This document shows, piece by piece, positions 25,250-36,939 of a stretch of DNA of 64,000 nucleotides (within the stretch, counting starts at the first letter, position 1; every line of letters starts with the position of its first letter). Both the position numbers and the translations under genes were made by a program. The notes under the pieces were generated by a model. That model had not been told where the DNA came from. It was given only the letters and a program-made list of their open reading frames with translations, and made no database searches. Source of the stretch: Zygnema circumcarinatum SAG 698-1b (taxonomy: Eukaryota; Plantae; Zygnematophyceae); the NCBI GenBank assembly GCA_037447605.1, contig CM074818.1:1624617-1688616 (forward strand), written 5' to 3'.

Positions 25250-28200
25250 CAGCACCAGCAGCACCACCACCACCAGCAGCAGAAGCACCACCAGCAGCAG
25301 CAGCAGCAGCATCAACAACAGTAACAGCAACAGCACCAGCAACACCAGCAGCAGAAAATTCAGCAACAACAACACCAGCAGCAGAAGCACCAACAACAAC
25401 AACACCAGCAGCAGAAGGATCAGCAACAACAACACCAGCAGCAGAAGGATCAGCAACAGCAACACCAGCAGCAGAAGGATCAGCAACAACAACACCAGCA
25501 GCAGAAGGACCAGCAACAACAACACCAGCAGCAGAAGGATCACCAACAACAACACCAGCAGCAGAAGGATCACCAACAACAACACCAGCAGCAGAAGCAC
25601 CAACAACAACAACACCAGCAGCGAAGGATCAGCAACAGCAACACCAGCAGCAGAAGCACCAGCAACAACAACACCAGCAGCAAAAGCACCACCAGCAGCA
25701 GCAGCAGCAGTACCAATAGCAGTAACAGCAGCAGCACCAGCAGCAGTGTTAGTAGCAGCAGGAGGAGCAACAGCAGCAGCAACAGCAGCAACACCAGCAG
25801 AATCAATAGCAGTAACAGCAGCAGCACCAGCAACAGCACCAGCAACAGCAACACCAGCAGCAGAAGGATCAGCAACAACAACAACAACACCAGCAGCAGA
25901 AGGATCATCAACAACAACACCAGCAGCAGAAGCACCAACAACAACAACACCAGCAGCAGAAGCACCAACAACAACAACACCAGCAGCAGAAGGATCAGCA
26001 ACAACAACACCAGCAACAGAAGGATCAGCAACAACAACACCAGCAGCAGAAGGACCAACAACAACAACACCAGCAGCAGAAGGATCAGCAACAACAACAC
26101 CAGCAGCAGAAACACCAGCAACAACAACACCAGCAGCAGAAGGATCAGCAACAGCAACACCTACAGCAGAAGGATCAGCAACAACATTACCAGCAGCAGA
26201 AGCACCAGCAACAACAACACCAGCAGCAGAAGGATCAGCAACAACAACACCAGCAGCAGAAGGATCAGCAACAACAACACCAGCAGCAGAAGCACCAACG
26301 ACAACAACACCAGCAGCAGAAGGATCAGCAACAACAACAACAACACCAGCAGCAGAAGGATCAGCAACAGCAACACCAGCAGCAGAAGGATCAGCAACAA
26401 CAACACCAGCAACAGAAGCACCAGCAACAACAACACCAGCAGCAGAAGGACCAGCAGCACCTGAAGCAACACCAGCACCAGCAGCAGATGCAGATGCAGC
26501 ACCAAAAGTAGATGCATCAGCACCATCAGCAGAAGGACCAGCAACACCTGAAGCAGCACCAGCAGCAGAAGCACCATCAACAACAACACCAGCAGCAGAA
26601 GGATCAGCAACAACAACACCAGCAGCAGAAGGATCAGCAACAACAACACCAGCAGCAGAAGCACCAGCAACAACAATACCAGCAGCAGAAGGATCAGCAA
26701 CAACAACACCAGCAGCAGAAGGACCAGCAACACCTGAAGCAGCACCAGCACCAGCAGCAGATGCAGCACCAAAAGTAGATGCATCAGCACCATCAGCAGA
26801 AGGACCAGCAGCATCTGAAGCAGCACCAGCACCAGCAGCAGATGCAGCACCAAAAGTAGATGCATCAGCACCATCAGCAGAAGGACCAGCAACACCTGAA
26901 GCAGCACCAGCACCAGCAGCAGATGCAGCACCAAAAGTAGATGCATCAGCACCATCAGCAGAAGGACCAGCAACACCTGAAGCAGCACCAGCACCAGCAG
27001 CAGATGCAGCACCAAAAGTAGATGCATCAGCACCATCAGCAGAAGGACCAGCAACACCTGAAGCAGCACCAGCACCAGCAGCAGATGCAGCACCAAAAGT
27101 AGATGCATCAGCACCATCAGCAGAAGGACCAGCAACACCTGAAGCAGCACCAGCACCAGCAGCAGATGCAGCACCAAAAGTAGATGCATCAGCACCATCA
27201 GCAGAAGGACCAGCAGCATCTGAAGCAGCACCAGCACCAGCAGCAGATGCAGCACCAAAAGTAGATGCATCAGCACCATCAGCAGAAGGACCAGCAACAC
27301 CTGAAGCAGCACCAGCACCAGCAGCAGATGCAGCACCAAAAGTAGATGCATCAGCACCATCAGCAGAAGGACCAGCAGCATCTGAAGCAGCACCAGCACC
27401 AGCAGCAGATGCAGCACCAAAAGTAGATGCATCAGCACCATCAGCAGAAGGACCAGCAACACCTGAAGCAGCACCAAAAGTAGATGCATCAGCACCATCA
27501 GCAGAAGGACCAGCAACACCTGAAGCAGCACCAGCACCAGCAGCAGATGCAGCACCAAAAGTAGATGCATCAGCACCATCAGCAGAAGGACCAGCAACAC
27601 CTGAAGCAGCACCAGCACCAGCAGCAGATGCAGCACCAAAAGTAGATGCATCAGCACCATCAGCAGAAGGACCAGCAGCATCTGAAGCAGCACCAGCACC
27701 AGCAGCAGATGCAGCACCAAAAGTAGATGCATCAGCACCATCAGCAGAAGGACCAGCAACACCTGAAGCAGCACCAGCACCAGCAGCAGATGCAGCACCA
27801 AAAGTAGATGCATCAGCACCATCAGCAGAAGGACCAGCAGCATCTGAAGCAGCACCAGCACCAGCAGCAGATGCAGCACCAAAAGTAGATGCATCAGCAC
27901 CATCAGCAGAAGGATCAGCAACACCTGAAGCAGCACCAGCACCAGCAGCAGATGCAGCACCAAAAGTAGATGCATCAGCACCATCAGCACCAGCAGCAGG
28001 ACCAGCACAGCATGCAGCACCTGCAGCTCAAAGCAGAAGGACCAGCAACACTGAAGCAGCAGCACCAGCAGCAGATGCAGCACCAAAAGTAGATGCATCA
28101 GCACCATCAGCAGAAGGACCAGCAGCATCTGAAGCAGCACCAGCACCAGCAGCAGATGCAGCACCAAAAGTAGATGCATCAGCACCATCAGCAGAAGGAC

Positions 28201-29520
28201 CAGCAACACCTGAAGCAGCACCAGCACCAGCAGCAGATGCAGCACCAAAAGTAGATGCATCAGCACCATCAGCAGAAGGACCAGCAACACCTGAAGCAGC
28301 ACCAGCACCAGCAGCAGATGCAGCACCAAAAGCATCAGCACCATCAGCAGAAGGACCAGCAACACCTGAAGCAGCACCAGCACCAGCAGCAGATGCAGCA
28401 CCAAAAGTAGATGCATCAGCACCATCAGCAGAAGGACCAGCAACACCTGAAGCAGCACCAGCACCAGTAGATGCATCAGCACCATCAGCAGAAGGACCAG
28501 CAGCATCTGAAGCAGCACCAGCACCAGCAGCAGATGCAGCACCAAAAGTAGATGCATCAGCACCATCAGCAGAAGGACCAGCAACACCTGAAGCAGCACC
28601 AGCACCAGCAGCAGATGCAGCACCAAAAGTAGATGCATCAGCACCATCAGCAGAAGGACCAGCAGCATCTGAAGCAGCACCAGCACCACCAGCAGCAGAA
28701 GCAGCACCAGCAGCAGAAGGATCAGCAACAACAACACCAGCAGGACCAGCAACACCTGAAGCAGCACCAGCACCAGCAGCAGATGCAGCACCAAAAGTAG
28801 ATGCATCAGCACCATCAGCAGAAGGACCAGCAGCATCTGAAGCAGCACCAGCACCAGCAGCAGATGCAGCACCAAAAGTAGATGCATCAGCACCATCAGC
28901 AGAAGGACCAGCAACACCTGAAGCAGCACCAGCACCAGCAGCAGATGCAGCACCAAAAGTAGATGCATCAGCACCATCAGCAGAAGGACCAGCAGCATCT
29001 GAAGCAGCACCAGCACCAGCAGCAGATGCAGCACCAAAAGTAGATGCATCAGCACCATCAGCAGAAGGACCAGAAGGACCAGCAAGCACCTCAGCAGAAG
29101 ACCAGCACCAGCAGCACCAGCACCAGCAGCAGATGCAGCACCAAAAGTAGATGCATCAGCACCATCAGCAGAAGGACCAGCAGCATCTGAAGCAGCACCA
29201 GCACCAGCAGCAGATGCAGCACCAAAAGTAGATGCATCAGCACCATCAGCAGAAGGACCAGCAACACCTGAAGCAGCACCAGCACCAGCAGCAGATGCAG
29301 CACCAAAAGTAGATGCATCAGCACCATCAGCAGAAGGACCAGCAACACCTAAAGCAGCACCAGCACCAGCAGCAGAAGCACCAACAACAACAACACCAGC
29401 AGCAGAAGGATCAGCAACAACAACACCAGCAGCAGAAGGATCAGCAACAACAACACCAGCAGCAGAAGGATCAGCAACAGCAACACCAGCAGCAGAAGCA
29501 CCAACAACAGCACCAGACGC
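25250..29520 (+). repeat. Ala/Pro/Thr-rich coding-type tandem repeat (AGP/mucin-like); probable exon of gene A with frameshifts
   Basis: 27-bp units (TTTPAAEGS / TTTPAAEAP) and about 30 copies of an 81-bp unit (PATPEAAPAPAADAAPKVDASAPSAEG, variant PAASEA). A polypyrimidine tract 25195-25242 is followed by a phase-1 CAG at 25247-25249. The APT frame is open 25623-29090; frame breaks occur near 25622 and 29095. Confidence 0.8.
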
Positions 29521-29888
29521 ACCAGCTTGCTTTCTTACGTGCTTGCGTGCTTGTGGATTAACCTAGTTTGGTTGACATATCGTTGACTGTTTTCCAAGGC
29601 TTCCAATTTCAACATGTTCACTACGTATTTTCGATAGAATCAGCATTTTTCTTACTGTAGGCCAAAACGTTCGTACAACACCAAAGATTTTAGAGTTTGT
29701 GGATTAAGCATTTGACGTCACACATGTTCCTTCACCAAGTACGTGTCAGCTCATGATTGAACTCAGATGGGATGCACAAAGTCCTATTATAAGTGCTGAC
29801 CACGCCTGTGAACGTGGCTGCACGTTTCAAGATGTTCATGCTTGCATTATTTGTACAACTCTTGATATTCCGCCTCTTTGTGATGCAG

Positions 29889-30653
29889 CTCTCACCACCC
29901 CCGCAGCCTTCGACTACGCAAGTTTTTACGGTGTCAATCCTTTCATTCAGCAAAGCAATGCAAGAAAGGGGTTTGACGGAAGCTTGATACTAACGGATGC
30001 TGACAAAGGACAAGCGGGGGTTGCACTTTATCAGTCTCCCGTCATATTGGCACGTGAAGCGGGTGGGGGTTGCCAAGCAGCCTCCTTTGAGACTAAATTT
30101 TCGTCCGTTATCAAAGGAGGAGGATTTTTTGCATGTTATGGGGATGGTTCCACATTCACCATCGTTGCCATCAATGCGGATTTGTACAGCTTTGGAACAG
30201 GCAGTGGTTCCACCCTCGCGTTTACCTACACGGCTTCCCCGACAGTGGGCTCAATTGCCGTTAAATTTGACACTAACTCAAATGCAGAGTTACAGGATCC
30301 TCCCCCGGAAGAGGATTCTTCGGGGGAACATGTGGGCATACTCAGGGACTTCAACGCCACAACCATTACATCAAGTACAACTTCACTTGTGTCGTCTTCT
30401 GGTTCCTTTGACATACTTCCAAAATTCGCTTAGGTGAAATACAACAGTCAAATGAGCCTCTGGTCTATCTTTGTGAGTGCTTCTGATTTCAAGCCTGATT
30501 TGCCTCTCTTGACCTACACCGAGTTATTGTGCACAATTCTTCGACCCTCCAAGTGCGGGACGTGTGCGAACGTCTCCTCGGCATTCCTTGGATTCACTGC
30601 CGCGACAGGACAAGTCTGCTACAGCAGGCAATTGATTTGGTCATGGTCCTTGT
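29889..30653 (+). pseudogene. Type-B L-lectin exon of gene A with a premature stop
   Basis: Paralogous to 34583-35356. AAA TTC GCT TAG GTG (stop 30431-30433) aligns with AAA TTT GCT TGG GTG in gene B. The frame resumes after the stop and the phase-1 donor T|GTAAG is kept. Confidence 0.8.
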
Positions 30654-30893
30654 GTAAGTTACTCATCAAGAAACTTACACGAGTGACTGGGCAGTGACTG
30701 GGTTTCTCTTTCTGAGTAAATCTTGAGGTAATGTTGTAGATCCTTTGGCGTTACGAAAGCGCTACCCCCGAGATTGTCTACGTGCCTATTTCCTTTTGCA
30801 AATTCCTTTTATAGACGATGGTCGCTATTCGGAAGTCTCTTTATCTCGGTTCGGACAAAAGAGCAACATGAAGAGCGACGGTGAAACGGTCCA

Positions 30894-31159
30894 CAGGTCG
30901 GACCAGTGGATCAGCAACCATTGGACAACCATTAGATGGCAATGGTTGGATGTCTACTGGTTCGAATGGTTGTTTCAGTCCGGCGCCAATGGTTGGCAAC
31001 CAGTCTAATGGTTGCTAACCATTGGCATCCACTGCTTCCAAACCATTCGACTGGTTGCCAAACATTGGCATCCACTGGTTCCGAACCATTCGAATGGTTG
31101 TTTTGATCCGCGCCAACGGTTGGCAACCAGTCGAATGGTCGGTCTAATGGTCCGACCTG
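30894..31159. mobile_element. MITE (hAT-like), 266 bp, filled with CAACCATTGG/CCAATGGTTG repeats
   Basis: TIR CAGGTCGGACCA(G/T)T(G/A)G, 14/16 identical. Flanks ACGGTCCA and TGAGTCCA share 5 of 8 bases (possibly an eroded TSD). Related copies start at 17338 and about 57752. Confidence 0.65.
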
Positions 31160-31956
31160 TGAGTCCATTCGTCATGTACTGTTTCTAAAACAACTCGAAA
31201 TCGGGTAATGCCGGAACGCAACGGGACGGACTCGCGCGACCATGGAACGGGGCCCCTCCCTTCGTGTCCTGGCCGTACGGCGGCCCACGGCACGGGCGGA
31301 GACTCGCGGCGGCCGGGCGGGCGGACCGTACAGGCCGCGGCTCGGGAAGGCTGCGAAGGGCCGTTGACCAGTGACCGTTGACCGTCGCGCCGTCGGAGTG
31401 ACCGACAAAAAAAAGGTGAACTCGATCGCCCTCGCGAGGGCGATGCGCGCAAAAAAGGACATGGGAAAACGACACACTGAAAATCAAAATATTTGTAATA
31501 TGTTTCAAGAAGTTACACTAAAATGACAGACAAAAATGGAAAAAAAATTGTAATATCTTTAATTTTGTTTTTTTGCCCTCCTCCGGCCGTACCTCGCCCG
31601 GTCGCGCCGGTCGCTCCGGTCGCTCCGGTCGCTCCGATCGCTCCGGTCGCTCAGGTCGCCGCCGGTCCCTGCGGAGGGGGACCGTCGTCGGCCGGCACGC
31701 GGGAGGCCGCCACGTGGCGCGTGCTGCACAACACGACAAGACGGCAACCGTACGGTCAAGGACCATACGGCAATGCGTACACGTAGCCCTCCGCCGCGCG
31801 ATGCAGAGCTGCCGATCGGACGGCCGAGCGCGACTCGATCTTCGCCGCCCACCCGGCCGCGTTGACTTGAGCCTTCCCTATTTCTGGCGGCGCCCCATCT
31901 CCTCGCGGCGGAAGGGAGGGAGGGAGGGAAGGAAGGCGGGCGAAGGGGAGGCAGCC

Positions 31957-34900
31957 ATGGCCACGGCCCTCGCGAGCGCGCTCCTCCTCTGTGCTGCGTT
32001 AGCGAGCGTGGCCGCTCTCTCCACGCGTACGTATCTCGCCCGCCCTCTCTCGCACGTGCCGCAATGCATGGCCGCCTTCTTACTGCCTTGCTGCAACGCC
32101 TGCGAATGCAGAAGGAGGGTCTCAATGTCACAGCATTGGGCCAGCAGATGTGTTAGAGATTGCTGTGCGGATTTTTCTGCTTCCGAGCTCGTAGTGAGGC
32201 GATGGAGGCAAGGGAGGTCGCAAGGCTGGAAGGAGTGTGCAATGGGAGTTCGGAGTGCTCGTAGAAGTGCTGTTGTCAGTCCTTCTGGCATAGTAAATAC
32301 GGTGTGAGCGATAGTCTCTTGGATCAATTTACTGTCTACCGCTCTCTCCCTTCCTCCATCTGCCGCCCTTTTCCTTCCTCTATCTTGTCTCTATCTGACT
32401 GCTCTACAGAACTTTGCTGCTAAAGCAACACTGCTGTGCTGTTTTTTTCTCCTCGACCGTTTCCTTTCCGAATGCTTCACCAATCGTCATTCGGATTTTT
32501 GGGAATGATTCCAAGTTTGAATTTCTCACAGAAAGCTCTGCCCAAGTGGATTAGTTCTATTCAGTACTCTCCCTTCTACCAGCTACGAAACAGATGCATT
32601 GCTCTTCCACTTATTTCCGGTATTCTACATATTTTTGGTGATTCAGCACTTACTCCTCCAACGGTCTTCACTTATGCGGGTTTCAACGGCAGCCAACCGC
32701 CCATCACGCAAGGCAACACAACAATCGTTGGCAGCAGGCTGCAGCTTACAGACGAATTCCAAGCCGTATCTGGCAATGCATTCCATCCGGATCAGGTGAC
32801 CTTGCTCCGAAAAAAAACGACTGGAGGTTGCCAAGCAGCTTCGTTTAAGTCGAGGTTCTCGTTTCTCATTTCCAACAACTTCACTTTCTGTGACGGAGAT
32901 GGTCTTACTTTCACTTTTGTTGCTTCCAATGCGAACTTAAGCAACATTGGGTTAGTCCTTGGCGGGAGCCTCGGGTACTCGTACGAAGGATCGGCCAAAG
33001 TTGGTTCCATAGCCGTTGCATTCGACACGTTCCCCAATTCTGAGTTAAATGACCCTGATGGAAGACATGTTGGAATACTTGAAAATTTGAACTTTACGAC
33101 TGTTAAAGCAAAAACTACGTCCCTCCTTGACGACTTGTCGCCAACCTCGACGAAGTATGCGTGGGTGCAATACAACGGCGATACCAGCAAGTGGTCCATA
33201 TTTTTGAGCGATGGCGACAGCAGGCCTGCTGACCCCGTCCTCAGCTACACCAAGTCCCTTTGCAGCATCCTTCGGCCGCCCAACTGTACGGACTGCGCCA
33301 ATGTGACGTCGGCCTTCGTTGGATTCACCGCTTCAACGGGGTACTGCTATGATGCTCATCAGATTTTGTCGTGGAGCTTTGAGAGCAGCTGGACGGGTGC
33401 GTTCCCTCCTCCCTCATCTCCACGAGAGCCGTCAGAGTCCGTTTGATGCTTGCCATGATTGAGCACTGATCTTGAGGAAGGCTCTCCGCCTTTAAGAAGA
33501 CTTTCTCTCACTTTACGTGTGGTTTGGTGGCAAGGAAGCAAGATTATAGTTTAAGACTTAGCAGTCCTGAGAGATGGGCATGAATGCGTAAAATTACCTG
33601 TTAAAGCACCGTGAGTGGTTCTTTCGTTATTGTTCGTGTTATGCGTGGACTTTCAAGAATTAAGTAAATACTCGTATTATGCGTATGCAATGTGTTGATT
33701 ATGAGTCATAGGAAGTAGTCACTGAACTTGAACAGTAAACGTGCATGGCACAAGCAAAAGTGTGAAAGCGTATCTGACGGCAGTGCGTTACGGTCGGATG
33801 TTTTCCTGCTAGTACTGCAGGGTTACATAATCGCATTTAAAGGAACATCTCATATTTGTAAAGGTTCTCCTTTGTTTTAAACTGTTGCCACGACTTTTCG
33901 TGTGCAGCATTCAAGTCGCCCCCCCCCGCTCCACCTTCGCCACCTCCGCGCCGTAAGTGGAACTATTCTCTTTCCCCCTCGTCATGTCATCTCCTTTTTT
34001 TTAATGTCGTTTGTAAATACACCATTTCCGTCTCTAACACGTCACAATCGAGCTAAAAACTTCGATTCTACGCAATGAAATCTTTTTTATCTTCGAGCAG
34101 CTGCTTGCTTTATGAGCTTATATCAAGTTTAATTTTTGTTGCAGCTCCGCCACCTTCCCCACCTCCTCCACCCCCCCCACCACCTTCACCACCTCCTCCG
34201 CCACCTTCACCACCTTCACCGCCTCCACCTCCCCGGCCGCCTTCTCCACCCCCAACTCCGCGTAAGAATACTTGGTTTCTTCTCCCTTTCTCTGCATATG
34301 GTCGGCTTTTTTCCAAGACTTCCAATTGCAACACGTTCACGACGTATTAATGTTAGAACCAGCAATTTCCTTACTGTAGGCCGAAAACGTTCGTACAGCA
34401 CCAAAGCTTTTAGAGTTTGTGGATTAAGCAAATTTGACGTCACAAATGTTCCTTCACCTATTACGTGCTGATCACGCCTGTGAATGTGTCTATACGTTTC
34501 AGGCTGTTCATGCTTGCGTTATCTGCACGCCTTGAATATTCCACATTCACAACTCTTGATATTCCGCCACTTTGTGATGCAGCTCTCACCACCCCCGCAG
34601 CCTTCGCCTTCTCAAGTTTTGTTTCGAGCACTCCACTCATTCTGAAAGGCAATGCGACAATTGCGTCTGATGCAAGCTTGGTACTTACGGATGCTGGACA
34701 AGGACTAGCGGGGGTGGCACTTTATCGGTCTCCCGTCACATTGACGCGAAAAGCGGGTGGGGGTTGCCAAGCAGCCTCTTTTAAGACTTCATTTTCGTTC
34801 ATTGTCGAAGAGAACGGTTTTGGATGTAATGGGGACGGCTTCACATTCAGCATCGTTGCCTCCAATGCGGATTTGTACAGCTTTGGAACAGGCAGTGGTT

Positions 34901-35839
34901 CCACACTCGCGTTTACCTACACGGCTTCTCCGACAGTGGGCTCAATTGCCGTTAAATTTGACACTTTCCAAAATGAAGAGTTTAAGGATCCTCCGGGGGA
35001 ACACGTGGGCATACTCAGGGACTTTAACGCCACTACCATTAAATCGCAAATTACTTCAATTGTGTCCAATCCTGACTACTACCAAGGCTACGACGGTTAC
35101 CATTACTATCCGAAATTTGCTTGGGTGGAATACAACAGTCCAACGAGCCTCTGGTCTATCTTTGTGAGTGATTTTGATTCAAAGCCCGCTTCGCCTCTCT
35201 TGACCTACACCAAGTCCCTGTGCACAATTCTTCGACCCTCCAAGTGCGGGACGTGTGCGAAGGTCGACTCGGCATTCCTTGGCTTCACTGCCGCGACAGG
35301 AGCGTGCTACAACAGGCAATCGATTTTGTCGTGGAACTTTGCGAGCTCGTGGCCCGGTAAGCTTCTTTATCAAGAACATGTGACTGGATTGGATTCAGTT
35401 CATTGGATCAGGGGGTATGACGGACGGACTTGAAAAGTGCTTGGTTTTTGAATAGCTTTAATCCGGTCCAACGTCCTTGAAATGTACTCACAATACAGAC
35501 CACCTGGGGCACACCAACCTTCGACCAGACCAGCATGTCATTTTTCAAAAATACTCAAGTTCAATCGTTTCTTGTTTGCTGTCGATGTTGCGATATCAAA
35601 AAGTTGAAATTACCAAAGGAGGGCGTTTTGCATGATTTGAACCTGCTATTCCTCCAGAACTGTGCCATTGCCAATTTATTCTGTAACAGTGCTCTGATAC
35701 TCTACTTTGAGATCGTGCAGCGACTGCGCCTCCCCCTCCCCGCCGCCCTCCCCCTTCCCGGCGCCCTCCTCCTCGCCGCCCTCCCCCTGCACGGCCGCCT
35801 CCACGCCGCCCGAACCCTCCGCCTGCGAGAGCTCCTTAG
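31957..35839 (+). CDS. Secreted di-lectin / extensin-like chimeric glycoprotein (gene B), about 609 aa
   Basis: All introns are phase 1. Exons: 31957-32026 (signal peptide), 32647-33396 (lectin A), 34145-34261 (APPPSPPPPPPPPSPPP...), 34583-35356 (lectin B), 35721-35839 (ATAPPPPRRPPPSRRPPPRRPPPARPPPRRPNPPPARAP-stop). No stops in the joined frame. Confidence 0.82.
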
Positions 35840-36939
35840 ACCAACCTGGATGGATGGCTCAGATTGGTTGGTTGGCCCGTTTGCTTAGTTGGTTGGTTGG
35901 TTGGTTGGCTCGTTAGTTGGTTGGTTGACATGGGAGTTCATTTTGGGCCGTTATGAGGAGGATTCAGTGCAACTTTCGTGAACTGAGGGTCTCTAAGTCA
36001 TATGACGACAGTAGTGATCTTTGATTGCAGTAGGTTTTTATGATGGTGGGAAACTGAGTATTAAGCGTTGGAGGTAGAGTGCTGGCTCTGGGCGGAGTGA
36101 TGGAACCGCTCGTGTGTCAGCCTCAATTATGTGTCTGCATGGCGGGTTTGTGTTCAATAATGACGTTTTCTAGTATCCCCTTCACGTTAAACGGTAGCTA
36201 AGCTTGCGCTTTTATGTTTCAGAACCTAGTTTGCAATATGAAATGCAGAGTTGAAACTGATGATCCTCATCTTTTTTAGAAAGAAAAAACGAAAAGATCT
36301 GTGATACTCTCTTGACCTTGTACACACTTTACAGCATGCATCTATTCTACGCCACTGATCTTTACAATGCGGATATGGTTGTGGCTGATCGTCAACTCAC
36401 CACACGCTCTCTCCAATCAGTGGCGGGTCTACGGTCTTCTTTGTGAGAGCGTAACCTCCCCTCAGAATTTGAAACGCTCGTCGGCACTGAACGCCCTTGA
36501 TGTGGCATTAGGGCGTGTCGAGTTATTAGTAGTGCTAAAAACGAGGTTACTAAGTACTAAAATTCATGGCGATCTCAAACCTAAGCCGACCCGACCCGAA
36601 GTCAAGTGTTGGTCAGTCCGCGGGTCAATGTTGCGGCGATTGACCTGCACGGTTTACTCCAAAAGGGCACTTCTTCGAACGATGTTGTTCGCACCCGAAA
36701 GCGGCGCCGACCAGGGAATGGCGAAAATCGCGTCATCGTTGGATCTTTTCTGCACACGTGGCGAGCCGTAATTGGTGGCGAATGTTGAAAGTTTTTTTTA
36801 GCATAACCGCACCACGAACGGAGGGCGGCCCTCACTTTGAGTTTGTCGCAACTTCGCCCTCGCGCGGGCCGTGACATGACATGACGTGACACACCCCAAA
36901 TCTCGTTTCGACACGTGATTTGGTCGAGACATTTCGTAC

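Noticed and set aside
26161-29085. 974-aa poly-Leu/Val antisense ORF and poly-Gln/His frames
   Set aside because: A by-product of the A-ending codons of the Ala/Pro/Thr repeat frame; no independent gene signals.
25746-29370. 81-bp periodic array as a possible CRISPR
   Set aside because: No unique spacers, the units are near-identical coding repeats, and the context is eukaryotic.
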